Positions 41,311 to 51,743 are shown, counted from the stretch's first letter. The stretch: 64,000 nt of DNA from an uncultured Legionellales bacterium (GCA_945957175.1 CAMFJL010000011.1:3830-67829), one strand, 5' to 3'. Made by a program: numbers and translations. Notes: generated by a model not told the origin, from the letters alone.

Positions 41311-41843
41311 AGGTAGATGTTAATCTGGCTAGGATAAGTCAGAAAAAGCGCTGTTTTTTCCCGCAAATGCCCTTGCAGGCTCTGCGAGAAATGACAAGTA
41401 TCTGACTCGCCCTATTTAGTCGAATATTTGATGAGCAGCTACCATGCAATAAATCTAATAAGTTGTCACAATTCTATCATATTTCATGGTAAATACATAG
41501 AATTATGTTAAAGAAACGAGACAAGATCATCTAAATACAAATACTACATCAACAACGACAGCAAGTAACATATCATGATCTAAAGGATTTTTTAGCGCTA
41601 TTTGCACTCAAGTTCCGTCAGGCCATATCACTGAAGTTAAAATGTTCTTTCACGATAATACGTTAATCGTTTAGGTGTTTTAACGTCATCATGACGTAAT
41701 TTTTTGAATTTCAAAATCAAATAAATATCCTTATAAAAATAAATTTTTATTTCAAATATTCATGCATTTGATGTAAATAATTCAGTCTTTACTGCATCTT
41801 ATATAGATGCTCTCGTTTATGAGAGCACCTGTGGAAAGTAGAA

Positions 41844-42383
41844 TTAAACAGGATTTAATCTATTGTAATTCCATGTATCAACCAATAGAACCGGGCGATG
41901 ATAACGACCTACATTGATGGGTCCGTTTGCATTTTTGATATCAAATGTCCAACTACCGTCTGCATTACCCACTGGATTTGATAAGGATAGAATACGGCCT
42001 TTATTAACGCCAATATCATTAATATTTGATATCTGGTAGAGAAAAGTTGCAGTAGTTGAATGAGTATTATATTGACCATTACTTTTGCTCCAATCATTCA
42101 TCAATGTAGCGAGTGCAATTTGACCACCTGCGCCTTCTGAACGTTCGTTAAAGAAGATTACATTACTATTAGCATCTAATAACGTCATTTTATCAACACC
42201 ATTTTCTTCGGTAACGACGGCATGACCTGCACGAATAATAAATAAATCATGACTTTTATCTATCTGTCCTAGCAGCTTAGGTGATACTTGCATATCATAA
42301 GTTGTTGCACTGGCTGTTAGGGGTACAAAGGTAACTATGCCTAACAGCGATAACGCTAATGTAAGCGTATTGATATATTTCAT
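41844..42383 (-). CDS. Secreted hypothetical protein
   Basis: N-terminal signal peptide MKYINTLTLALSLLGIVTFVPLTASA. It is 179 aa and no family was recognised. Confidence 0.55.
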   Translation of the reverse strand: MKYINTLTLALSLLGIVTFVPLTASATTYDMQVSPKLLGQIDKSHDLFIIRAGHAVVTEENGVDKMTLLDANSNVIFFNERSEGAGGQIALATLMNDWSKSNGQYNTHSTTATFLYQISNINDIGVNKGRILSLSNPVGNADGSWTFDIKNANGPINVGRYHRPVLLVDTWNYNRLNPV

Positions 42384-42754
42384 AAAAGGCTCCTTAATTT
42401 GAAAGCAGGATTGTATGCATATGCCGCCAATAAATACATACGGTATTAATTACCGTATTCCGCCCTCTGGCATGCACCAGAATATAAGTGCTTAAAGTTA
42501 CTCAGTGCTAGCATAGTAGCTGTCTAAAAGCCATGTTAAATGACTTTAGAGAAGAGACTAAAATTGTGGTCAAACCCTTCAGACGATTACGCCTGAAGGG
42601 TTAAACGATGGGAAAATCTAGAATACCTTGACCATCCATATCACTTGCTCTACCCTAACGCATCTGTCTTTTGCAGCAGAGACAAAATCATTGGCCATCA
42701 CAGACAAATATTCAAAGATGGCCTTATGTCAACTCAATACAAAGGTAACCTAAT

Positions 42755-43132
42755 ATGAAATCTCTAAAACCCGCCTATTTAATCAAGCTGTTGCTTTTAT
42801 GTGTAAGTCTTTTTTTTATACAGCCCTCGTTAGCCCATGCGAAACTAACCACGGCAAATCCATCTGCTAATGCAGTATTGCAAGCAAGTCCAAAAGAATT
42901 AGCCTTCACATTTTCTGAAGCTATTGAACTAGGCTTCAGTCAATTTACGTTAATGGATTCCAAGCAGCATCCTATGGCAATCGCAAAACCGAGTCTTGAT
43001 GCAACGAACCCTAATCAAGTTCATATTCAATTAGCACAGCCACTAGTCGCAGGTGTTTATGAGGTTCAGTGGCAGGTTCTTTCTGTCGATGGGCATAAAA
43101 CCCATGGGAATTATGATTTCACGGTGAAATAA
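42755..43132 (+). CDS. copC: Copper resistance protein CopC (periplasmic copper chaperone)
   Basis: A signal peptide is followed by mature HAKL... (N-terminal His). The protein is about 100 aa with CopC-like beta-sandwich motifs (...VQWQVLSVDGHKTHGNYDFTV). It lies immediately upstream of copD. Confidence 0.8.
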   Translation: MKSLKPAYLIKLLLLCVSLFFIQPSLAHAKLTTANPSANAVLQASPKELAFTFSEAIELGFSQFTLMDSKQHPMAIAKPSLDATNPNQVHIQLAQPLVAGVYEVQWQVLSVDGHKTHGNYDFTVK

Positions 43133-43136
43133 AAAA

Positions 43137-44012
43137 GTGGATGGATTGTCTAACGCCTATGTTTTATCGCGTTTTTTCCATTTCACCAGTTTAATGTTCG
43201 TGTTTGGGATCAGTTTGTTCCTGACTTTCTTTGCTCGGGGCGACTTAAAGAAAATGCTGACGATACAAATACACCAACTATTAACAGTTGGTGTGTTCAT
43301 CTGTCTTCTTAGCGCCATCGCGCTATTCGGACTTGAAACCGGGTTAATGGGGCATGGCTGGTCTGATGTTATCGATATAAACACATGGGGCTTGGTGTTT
43401 AGCACACATTTTGGCACCATTTGGCGGTGGGAACTCATCATTGCTTTTTTATCATGTCTGGCTTTGTGCTTAAATAAGCGTCGTGATATCGTATTAATGC
43501 TTATGGCTTCTGCTCAACTAATCGGATTGGGCTTCATTGGTCATACGGTGATTCACCAGGGTTGGGTGGCCAAGATTCAACAAAGCAATGCAGTCGTACA
43601 TTTACTCGCTTGTGCTTATTGGTTCGGTTGCCTCATGCCTGTATTTTTTTGCTCGCGCTTTCTCTATAAGGCCAAGCAACACAATGATGCTCGCTTTGCA
43701 TTGAAACAATTTTCCCGATACGGACATGTTGCTGTCTGCCTAGTGCTTGTGACCGGCATCATAAATGGCTTATTCATAATTCCTATGCCTTACAATTGGG
43801 GAGCACTCTATATAAAACTGTTGCTCATTAAAATACTCTTGGTTTTCGTCATGGTACTCATTGCTTTGTACAATCGGTATTACTTGGTTCCTAAAATAGC
43901 GAGCGGATCAGAAACGTCGAATAAAAGATTCATTTATCTTATTTGGTTTGAGTGGTCTCTTGCCTTAGTGGTATTATTATTAGTGAGTCTGTTTGCAACA
44001 ATGTCGCCTTAA
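43137..44012 (+). CDS. copD: Copper resistance protein CopD (inner-membrane)
   Basis: A 291-aa polytopic membrane protein with 8 TM helices, directly downstream of copC. Confidence 0.75.
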   Translation: MDGLSNAYVLSRFFHFTSLMFVFGISLFLTFFARGDLKKMLTIQIHQLLTVGVFICLLSAIALFGLETGLMGHGWSDVIDINTWGLVFSTHFGTIWRWELIIAFLSCLALCLNKRRDIVLMLMASAQLIGLGFIGHTVIHQGWVAKIQQSNAVVHLLACAYWFGCLMPVFFCSRFLYKAKQHNDARFALKQFSRYGHVAVCLVLVTGIINGLFIIPMPYNWGALYIKLLLIKILLVFVMVLIALYNRYYLVPKIASGSETSNKRFIYLIWFEWSLALVVLLLVSLFATMSP

Positions 44013-44181
44013 CAGAAAGATATAATAAACACATGTTCATTTTACCATCAATGCAAGTACGTCAATTACTCATAACCTAGCGCAGCTTTTGCACCCTCCG
44101 TAGCGTAACCTTTATGTCAAAATTGTGAGCCTAAGCGCCAGGCTATCTCAGCTGCAGATAAGTCTTGCTTATAGCAATTGA

Positions 44182-44217
44182 AATGTTATAAAATAACATT
44201 TGTTATATTATAACATA
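44182..44217. promoter_or_regulatory. Two overlapping Zur boxes
   Basis: AATGTTATaaaATAACATT at 44182-44200 and TGTTATATTATAACA at 44201-44215 both fit the gammaproteobacterial Zur palindrome GTTATAWTATAAC. They lie about 35 bp upstream of the next ORF. Confidence 0.7.
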
Positions 44218-44248
44218 TATGCTATCGCTACTCATGAGGTTATCTGAC

Positions 44249-44977
44249 ATGAAAAATTTACAAAAACAGCAGCAGTGGATAAAACAATACAGCGGTTTAT
44301 TAGACTTAAGTCAATCACTTCCAAAATCTACTTTTTTAAAGCACACACCACATGAAATAGTCCTCGAGCTCGAGCGTCGATACGGTTTTTTTTCTTGTGT
44401 TGCCGTTTCTCGAGAAGAAGAAAATATGTACTGGCAAGAGCTGAAGGCTGGTGCAGTTTTATCGTCTTGTTTTTCAGCTGCTTCATGGGTCATTAAGGAT
44501 AGACGTTTAAAAAAATCCATGTCAAGTTTTATGGCCGTGCCAATGGATTTAATCTTAGAATTAAAAACGTTCAATGAATTCAAAGGCTATTTTGAAAATC
44601 AATCCTATGGGCAAATCATGATGGGACTGATACATCTAATTCATCATACCCGTATCTATATGATAAAACAGCTTGATATAAGCAACTACAATTCAGAAAT
44701 AGAAAAATATATTATTCATTTATGTAAAGATTATGAGCCGATGCAATATTTTTTAGCTCGATTGGAGGCTTGGCTTGTTTTACACTTAGCCACAGATTTA
44801 CTCGAGCGCTTTCTTATAGAAAAAACGTCAAAAACATATCATTGTTGTTTTTTTTGTCGTGTTAAGGCTAAAAAAGCATCCACATTGCAAGACTTTGTTG
44901 ACTACTGTCATGATTTAAATGTTCAATATGAAGAAATATATTCAGATGAAATACGACCTTTATTAGCACTAGCATGA
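44249..44977 (+). CDS. Hypothetical Cys/His-rich protein, predicted to be Zur-regulated
   Basis: The start is chosen at ATG 44249 (MKNLQ) with a GAGG RBS. The track start 44219 overlaps the Zur box. Motifs include HLIHH, CCFFC and YCHD. Confidence 0.55.
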   Translation: MKNLQKQQQWIKQYSGLLDLSQSLPKSTFLKHTPHEIVLELERRYGFFSCVAVSREEENMYWQELKAGAVLSSCFSAASWVIKDRRLKKSMSSFMAVPMDLILELKTFNEFKGYFENQSYGQIMMGLIHLIHHTRIYMIKQLDISNYNSEIEKYIIHLCKDYEPMQYFLARLEAWLVLHLATDLLERFLIEKTSKTYHCCFFCRVKAKKASTLQDFVDYCHDLNVQYEEIYSDEIRPLLALA

Positions 44978-45014
44978 TAGTGTTTCTACATTGAGACAAA
45001 AGCATATGCCGTTA

Positions 45015-45458
45015 TTAATTCTCTTGATGTGTTATACAATGATTGCAAGCACCCGTAATTTCTAAAACTTCTTCACTCGGTTTTATATTATATTGATTCG
45101 TGAGGTATTGAATAAAATGACCTATTTTGTCATCTGAATATTCATATGTTTTAGAACATTGACGGCAAGTGAATAACAATGCATTTTTTTTACTTGTGGC
45201 TGTCACATGCTTTTGCTGACATAGTATATATTTCTTTCCACCCGCAACCTTATGTAGAACATCTTGTTTAATCAGGTAATCAAGTACCCGATAAACTGTT
45301 GGGGGCTCTGCATTAGGCTTTACTTTTTTTAATAGACTTAAAACCTCATATGCACCCATCGATGTATTTTGTTCTAAAAAAATAGATAATATCTGCACTC
45401 TTAAAGGACTCGCCTGGATTTTAGACAGATACTCATGCATTGCCTTCACCAAAGTCAC
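45015..45458 (-). CDS. zur: Fur-family transcriptional regulator, probably Zur
   Basis: Winged-helix N-terminus and a C-terminal CxxC...CxxC metal site (CRQC...CNHC). It sits directly downstream of a ZIP transporter gene with a Zur box upstream. Confidence 0.75.
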   Translation of the reverse strand: MTLVKAMHEYLSKIQASPLRVQILSIFLEQNTSMGAYEVLSLLKKVKPNAEPPTVYRVLDYLIKQDVLHKVAGGKKYILCQQKHVTATSKKNALLFTCRQCSKTYEYSDDKIGHFIQYLTNQYNIKPSEEVLEITGACNHCITHQEN

Positions 45459-45525
45459 TCCTTAATTAATAAGCTCTTTAACATTATACATTATTTTGGT
45501 CGATCACCGGATCTACATGGCACCA

Positions 45526-46266
45526 TTAAACTACGAGTGCTAAAAGTCCCATCAGAATAACGCCGAGAGCACAAAACGATAGATATGATCGCCGATTTAC
45601 AACGGGGTCACGCATCAGTGGCATGATATATTCGTAAAGGGCGATATATGCAAATGTACCCGCTGCTATTGATAAGAAAATCCCCGCTAGCCCGCTACCC
45701 ATGCGTGTAGAAAATAGACGTATCGATGTGGCACCCATGATGATACCCACGGGGCTTAATAATGAAAAAATGAGCATAATACTGTGAATGGAGACTCGAT
45801 GATATTGATGACGCAATAAATGGCTTGTTAATGCAAAGCTAGCGGCGCCTTTATGACATAGTATCGCTATAAACACGATAAGAAAAATATTAAGTTCACT
45901 TACAAAGCCTAGTGTCATGCCTTCGCATAGTGAATGTAAACCGAGCATAATGACAATAAATATGCTTGATAGTGAAGTCGATAAAAAGAATTGATTGGCG
46001 TTTTTTAATAATCGAGACCATAGATTCATACTCTGCATAGTAAGCAAACAAATAGCAATAGTCCATAGAAAATCATTTAAAGTCAGCTGGCGAATTTGAG
46101 TCATCGCCGCTGGAAGCATATGAAATAACGCAGCGCCGATAAATATGCCTGCTGTTATAGCCTGAATGAGTGGACTTTTTATATCTTCTGAACGATAGAT
46201 AGCCCAGTAGCTGGGAATATATGCGACAAAAAAGAGTAATATAGCCATCACCAAATCAATTTTCAT
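45526..46266 (-). CDS. zupT: ZIP-family metal transporter (ZupT-like)
   Basis: A 246-aa protein with 8 TM helices. His/Glu metal motifs lie in TM4/TM5 (LHSLCEGMTLG..., HKGAASF). Confidence 0.7.
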   Translation of the reverse strand: MKIDLVMAILLFFVAYIPSYWAIYRSEDIKSPLIQAITAGIFIGAALFHMLPAAMTQIRQLTLNDFLWTIAICLLTMQSMNLWSRLLKNANQFFLSTSLSSIFIVIMLGLHSLCEGMTLGFVSELNIFLIVFIAILCHKGAASFALTSHLLRHQYHRVSIHSIMLIFSLLSPVGIIMGATSIRLFSTRMGSGLAGIFLSIAAGTFAYIALYEYIMPLMRDPVVNRRSYLSFCALGVILMGLLALVV

Positions 46267-46336
46267 CTATATACAAGCTCAGTCATTTTTAGATTGTTAC
46301 TGTGAGGGTTGAACAGCAAGAAGGCTGCTTTTTATT

Positions 46337-46355
46337 ATGTTATATTATAACATAT
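46337..46355. promoter_or_regulatory. Zur box upstream of zupT-zur
   Basis: ATGTTATATTATAACATAT is a perfect palindrome core. It lies about 70 bp upstream of the zupT start and about 210 bp upstream of the divergent HhH gene. Confidence 0.7.
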
Positions 46356-46565
46356 ATGTGCTAGTGTTCAATGATTTTCAATAAGACACCTTGCTTTCTC
46401 TTTTTTATTCAATTAGCTATCAACACAAGGCAACTCAGTAGTACCCATCACCTCGCTTTGTAAAGTTTTAGACCTATCCCACAATCTCATCTGAGGAATA
46501 AATATGCATTGGCTATAGGATAATTTGCCTTAACTCATCATACTGTTATAATAACCCATTCATTC

Positions 46566-46844
46566 ATGGCATCAAAAGACACAAGCAAAAGTATGAGTAA
46601 AGAATTGTTGACTCTGAAAAATGTTGGCAAAGCAGCAGTCCGCGATTTAGAACTACTGGGTATTACAAAAATAGAACAACTAAAAAACCAAAATCCTGAT
46701 GATCTCTATGAGCAAATTCAAAAAATTACCCATACAAAACATGATCCATGTGTATGGGACGTCTTTGCAGCTATCATTCATGAAGCCAATACTGGTGAAA
46801 AACAACCTTGGTGGTATTTTAGTAAGATTAGAAAAAGTAAATAA
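46566..46844 (+). CDS. Helix-hairpin-helix DNA-binding protein of the pathogenicity-locus / mitomycin-resistance McrB-like family
   Basis: LLTLKNVGKAAVRDLELLGITKIEQLKNQNPDDLYEQI is an HhH motif. It is 92 aa. Confidence 0.55.
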   Translation: MASKDTSKSMSKELLTLKNVGKAAVRDLELLGITKIEQLKNQNPDDLYEQIQKITHTKHDPCVWDVFAAIIHEANTGEKQPWWYFSKIRKSK

Positions 46845-46912
46845 GCGCCAGCTATATATACATGCTCAAATGTTTTTATCAAGATTGAGCAAAATGCAGC
46901 ATACCTCTCGTC

Positions 46913-48343
46913 TTATTTTATGTTGAACTCGAGCAACGCACGCTCAACCCTTTCAAATACACTATGCCAATCGCCTGGTTTAGCTTGGCGAAATAATCGC
47001 ATACTGGGATACCAAGGTGAAATATCACAGCCTCGTGGATGACGCCATTCTGTTTCATAACGAATTAAAGTCCATACTGGCTTTCCCATAGCCCCTGCTA
47101 AGTGTGCAATCGCTGTATCCACAGAAATGACCAAATCTAATGAAGCCATCACTGCAGCTGTATCTGCAAGATCACCAACAGTATCGCCTAGACTCGTCAC
47201 TTCACTATAATGCAATATTTCTTTTTCGCCATCTGTTAGACCTCGTTGTAAGCTGATAAATTCAACATGCGGATTGCCCCATAATGAAATGAAATCGTCA
47301 AGACAGATATTTCGCTTCATTGCATTTATGTAGTCTTTACGGCCACGCCAGCAAAAACCCACACGAAGTTTTTTTTGCTTATTAAAGTGAGATGACCATT
47401 TCTCAATTAAATTGGATTCAGCTGTAATATATGGCTTATTAAAAAACTGTGTCTCTTGATAAATATCTAAATAATAAGGCAGGCTTAGCATGCTGATTTG
47501 ATAATCCATCTCTTGCATAATTAAATATTTTCCATGAATAACTTTATCGATCTCTGGTATTTGTTTAAATAACGGCGCTAATGCATTGTTACACGCCACT
47601 GAAATCTTGGGATGATGCTTTTGTTTAAGTAATGGAATGAATCGCATAAATTGTATATTATCACCCAGACCCTGCTCCCAGCATATCATCAATTTTTTGC
47701 CGTCAAGCGACGTCGTTTTATCCCAATAAGGAATATCTAGCTTAACGGGGCTCACATTAGATGACTCTAGTCGAAATCGAGCTTCATAAGCAAGCCACCC
47801 TTGTTGATACTGCCTGCTTGCAAGCAGCGTTAAACCTTTTCCAAAATACGCACTCGCCAAATCACCTAACCGGATACCTTCTTCATAGTGATATAACGCT
47901 TTATCTAATAGTCCCTCATCAAAATAATGAAGTGCTAGATTCACGTGAAAACCAGCATTATCTTTATCTAAGACAAGGGCACGTTCTGCAGATCGTGTCG
48001 CTTTATCATTTTTATTAACCGTTTTATAAGCACTTGCCAATATATCTATGGCTTGACTATCCTTAGGATTTTTTGCAAGTATACTAAATAAAATGGCAAA
48101 TGCCTCATCTGTTTTTTGTAATTTAACGGCTGATTTTGCTATAGACAAGCGCGCAACACGACTTTGCGGTGTCGTTAATAACAATGTTTTAGAAAAATCA
48201 TAGCATGCTTGAAATTGACTTTCATGAAATAAGCGATTGCAGTTTTCAACATCTTCTTTATTTATTTCGTTTACAAATAATTGGCCACTGATGCTGGTGC
48301 GACTTAATTCATTAAGCGTATAGGTCTGATTCAATTCTTTCAT
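46913..48343 (-). CDS. TPR-repeat plus GT9-like (heptosyltransferase-fold) glycosyltransferase, module 3 of a tandem array
   Basis: N-terminal TPRs. C-terminal motifs are WEQGLGDNIQFMRFIPLLK...CWRGRKDY...SVDTAIAHLAGAMGKPVWTLIRYETEWRHP, matching the GT9 D(S/T)xxxHLAxAxG signature. It overlaps the upstream paralog by 4 nt. Confidence 0.65.
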   Translation of the reverse strand: MKELNQTYTLNELSRTSISGQLFVNEINKEDVENCNRLFHESQFQACYDFSKTLLLTTPQSRVARLSIAKSAVKLQKTDEAFAILFSILAKNPKDSQAIDILASAYKTVNKNDKATRSAERALVLDKDNAGFHVNLALHYFDEGLLDKALYHYEEGIRLGDLASAYFGKGLTLLASRQYQQGWLAYEARFRLESSNVSPVKLDIPYWDKTTSLDGKKLMICWEQGLGDNIQFMRFIPLLKQKHHPKISVACNNALAPLFKQIPEIDKVIHGKYLIMQEMDYQISMLSLPYYLDIYQETQFFNKPYITAESNLIEKWSSHFNKQKKLRVGFCWRGRKDYINAMKRNICLDDFISLWGNPHVEFISLQRGLTDGEKEILHYSEVTSLGDTVGDLADTAAVMASLDLVISVDTAIAHLAGAMGKPVWTLIRYETEWRHPRGCDISPWYPSMRLFRQAKPGDWHSVFERVERALLEFNIK

Positions 48344-51213
48344 ACAAGACTCTTCTCTTTCTCGGTGAAATACTGCACCAATGCGTCCTCAACTCGTTTG
48401 AAAACACCTTCCCAATCACCTGGCCATGCTTGACGAAATAAACGCATATTCGGATACCATGGCGATATGTCAGTGTCCCGTGGATGTCGCCATTCAGTTT
48501 CATGACGAATTAACGTCCACACAGGTTTACCTACCGCACCAGCTAAATGCGCTATGGCTGTATCCACGGTAATGACTAAATCTAAATGGCTGATCGCTGC
48601 CGCCGTTTCTTCTAGACTCGTCAACTGGCTATCTAAATTGAGAATAGGCGTATAAGATAAGAGCGCTAACTCTTCCTCTGTTAGCTCTTTTTGTAAACTG
48701 ACTAGTTGGTACTGTGTATTTTCTACAAAAGGCAAAAAATAGCTCAATCCGCAGTTTCGTTCTTGATTATAATTATATTTTTTTCCACCTTTCCAGCAAA
48801 TGCCTATTTTTGGTTTTTTTAATTTCTCCAATTTTTTATGCCATGATTCAATAAGCTTATCATCTGCCTTGATATATGGCTTTGATAAAAACTGATTCTC
48901 ATGAAATATTTCTAAAAGTAATGGCAAGCTTTGCAAATAAATCTTATAATCATGAGGTGGTAATTCCAGTTTATTATGTGTCATATCAATACCAGGAAAT
49001 TTTTCTGATATACTAGCTAGGCCTTCACCACAAACAAAACATATAAATGCCCGTGTTTTTTTCTTTAGCAATGGTATAAATCTCATAAATTGAATAACAT
49101 CACCTATACCTTGCTCCCATATTAACAACAATTTTTTATCTCGAATATCTGTATGCCCATCCCAATATGGCATAGTTGATTTTACATACTCTTTCTTAAA
49201 AACATTGAGCTCAAATCTTCTTTCATAAAGCAACCAACCTTCCTGATAACATCTTTCCGCCAACAAAGACAAAGACATATTAATCTCTGTTTCCGGTGTA
49301 TTTTGCATATCATCAATTTTTTTATAAAATTTGTATGATTCTTTCGTATTACCCATATCATAATAATTTTTTGCAATTGCCTCTAAATACATAGGATTAT
49401 TTTTATCTGATTTAAAGCATTGCGTTGCATAAAACAAGCTTTTATCATATTTTCTTAGCATTTTATAAGTCACGCTTAGTAGATAGTATGTGATATAATT
49501 ATGGGGATCCTCTTTCAAACGCCTCAACAAAATGCCTAATGCTAAGCTTTCTTGATTAAGCGAAGCCGCAGCTCTTGCGATGCTAACTAAGGCGCCAAGA
49601 CAAGAGGGGTCCCTTGCAAAACATGCTTTTGCAAGATTTAGAGAGGCTTCAAGTTGATTATCAAAGTATAATCTATTGATTTCGAGCATTTCAGCTTCGG
49701 TGACTTTGCCAGCCAGCTCCGTAAACTGAATGGAAATTGGCGGCGATATTGATGCTTCAATGCCATGCGCTGGAAGCGTCACCCCTTGCAAGCTCTGTAG
49801 GTTTGAAATAGGGATAAAATCGGCGATAAATTGATGTAAGGCAGCTATCATATCTTTGACGCAGCCTTGCCAATTACCCGGACAATGCTGCCTAAATAAG
49901 CGCATAGTACTATACCATGGAGAAATATCTTGGTCTCTGGGATGACGCCACTCAGTTTCATATCGTATTAACACAAAAGTGGGTTTTCCCAAGGCAGCTG
50001 CCAGATGTGCCACCGCGGTATCTACGGTGATAACGACGTCTAATAACGAAATTGCTGCAGCTGTATCAGCAAAGTCTGTTAAATCACTACTAAAATTAGC
50101 AATATTGCCTGCATTAAGAATATGAGCATCTTCGTCACTAATAGGTTTTTGCAGGCTATATAATTGAATACGTGAATCACCAAATAATTCAAGAAAATAA
50201 TGTAATCCTGAATTCCTTTTCTTGCCGTGCATATATTCTTTGGCACCACTCCAGCATAAGCCAACTTTAATACGATTATTGTGTATTTTTTCAGACCACT
50301 GAGATATCAATGCGCGATCTGCATGCAGATATGGCATAGGTAACAATTGCTCATCGGTATGTAGCTTTAATAAATAAGGTATACTTTGTATTGAAATTTG
50401 GTAATCATGGGGCGGAATGGGTAGTTGATCTGTAAGTAAATCAATACCTGGTACCATCTGAAATAATCGCGTTAATAGCGGTAAACAAACATGAATAATT
50501 GTTGCATGTGTTTTTTGCTTAAGCAGTGGCATGAAACGAATAAATTGGATATTATCGCCATAGCCTTGTTCCCACGTGACTAATAAACGTTTACTGTGAA
50601 TATCAGTAACACCGTCCCATAAGGGCGAATGTAACTTAATAGGGCGACAATCAGGTTCTTTCAATAAAAATCGTCGTTCAAACGCTTCCCAGCCTAGCGC
50701 GTATTCTCTTTTGGCTAACCATGCTAATGCTTGCCCAAATCCCATGCTGGGATCTGTTGTTTTTATATCTAGCTGGTGCTGATAAGTAGAAATAGCAAGA
50801 TCGAAATCACCGTGCTCAAAATATAAAATGGCAAGATTTCCACCTATCAAAAAATTATTGGGATCCATTGCTAACGCTTTCTTAATGAATATAAAAGCTG
50901 GATCAAATAAATGATTGTAATAGCAAAGCATACCTAATTGATAGGTTATATAAAAGTTATTAGGATGCTTATGTAGCTGACTTAAACCAAAACCCAATGC
51001 CAGGCTATTTTTACCTATCGCTTTTGTCAGCAATATCATAAAGCCCATAATTTCAGTATTATCTGGGTATTGTTTTAATAAATCATTTGCGTATTGCCAA
51101 CCTTCCTGATATTTCTTTTCTTTATGTAATGTTGAAAGGCGAGCAACCGCTTCTTTTATCTTTGGATCATTGGCGCGTGGTATGAGAGGCTGTTCAATCT
51201 GGGTTGCTGTCAT
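48340..51213 (-). CDS. Fused double-module TPR plus GT9-like glycosyltransferase (two complete TPR+GT units in one 957-aa ORF)
   Basis: The motif set WEQG(Y/I)GD..QF.RF.PLLK...CW.G.K.Y...TVDTA.AHLA.A.GKP...IR.ETEWRHPRD.DISPWY..MRLFRQ occurs twice, around aa 200-480 and around aa 690-950. Confidence 0.65.
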   Translation of the reverse strand: MTATQIEQPLIPRANDPKIKEAVARLSTLHKEKKYQEGWQYANDLLKQYPDNTEIMGFMILLTKAIGKNSLALGFGLSQLHKHPNNFYITYQLGMLCYYNHLFDPAFIFIKKALAMDPNNFLIGGNLAILYFEHGDFDLAISTYQHQLDIKTTDPSMGFGQALAWLAKREYALGWEAFERRFLLKEPDCRPIKLHSPLWDGVTDIHSKRLLVTWEQGYGDNIQFIRFMPLLKQKTHATIIHVCLPLLTRLFQMVPGIDLLTDQLPIPPHDYQISIQSIPYLLKLHTDEQLLPMPYLHADRALISQWSEKIHNNRIKVGLCWSGAKEYMHGKKRNSGLHYFLELFGDSRIQLYSLQKPISDEDAHILNAGNIANFSSDLTDFADTAAAISLLDVVITVDTAVAHLAAALGKPTFVLIRYETEWRHPRDQDISPWYSTMRLFRQHCPGNWQGCVKDMIAALHQFIADFIPISNLQSLQGVTLPAHGIEASISPPISIQFTELAGKVTEAEMLEINRLYFDNQLEASLNLAKACFARDPSCLGALVSIARAAASLNQESLALGILLRRLKEDPHNYITYYLLSVTYKMLRKYDKSLFYATQCFKSDKNNPMYLEAIAKNYYDMGNTKESYKFYKKIDDMQNTPETEINMSLSLLAERCYQEGWLLYERRFELNVFKKEYVKSTMPYWDGHTDIRDKKLLLIWEQGIGDVIQFMRFIPLLKKKTRAFICFVCGEGLASISEKFPGIDMTHNKLELPPHDYKIYLQSLPLLLEIFHENQFLSKPYIKADDKLIESWHKKLEKLKKPKIGICWKGGKKYNYNQERNCGLSYFLPFVENTQYQLVSLQKELTEEELALLSYTPILNLDSQLTSLEETAAAISHLDLVITVDTAIAHLAGAVGKPVWTLIRHETEWRHPRDTDISPWYPNMRLFRQAWPGDWEGVFKRVEDALVQYFTEKEKSLV

Positions 51214-51407
51214 GCTTACGGTTACCTGCCATTACTGGATTACATTGGGCACACACTCGCAACGAACCTTAGCGCCCATCATCTATAACCTTAGCACAAG
51301 AATGCATGTGACGCATCCAAGCGTTGAAAAATAGACCGGTTATTTTTCGATTTGGAAGAAAACGTAAATGCAAAGCCTTTGAGTATCGTTCTGCTCTTAC
51401 TATCAAA

Positions 51408-51743
51408 TTAATGTAATTTTTGACCATCGGGGACTAGACCATCTACGCTTGCAAGCTTGATATATCCGGCCTCATCCGCAAAGCCAACAAGCAAACATTG
51501 AGAAATAAATCCCGCAATATTTTTTTCACCTAAGTTGATACAAGCAATAACTTGACGTCCTACAAGTGACTCAGGTGTGTAATGCACGGTAATTTGTGCT
51601 GATGTTTGCAAAACACCAATCGTTTCCCCAAAATAAATCCAAACTTTATAAGCAGGCTTTCTTGCCTTTTCAAAGACTTCAGCTTTAACAACGGTGCCTG
51701 AACGAAGGTCGACAGTAGAAAAATCATCATAGTTTATCGTCAT
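51408..51743 (-). CDS. csaA: tRNA-binding-domain protein (CsaA/EMAP-like)
   Basis: DFSTVDLRSGTVVKAEVFEKARKPAYKVWIYFGE...GRQVIACINLGEKNIAGFISQ fits the Myf/EMAP OB fold. The start is taken at the internal MTINYDDF. Confidence 0.7.
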   Translation of the reverse strand: MTINYDDFSTVDLRSGTVVKAEVFEKARKPAYKVWIYFGETIGVLQTSAQITVHYTPESLVGRQVIACINLGEKNIAGFISQCLLVGFADEAGYIKLASVDGLVPDGQKLH

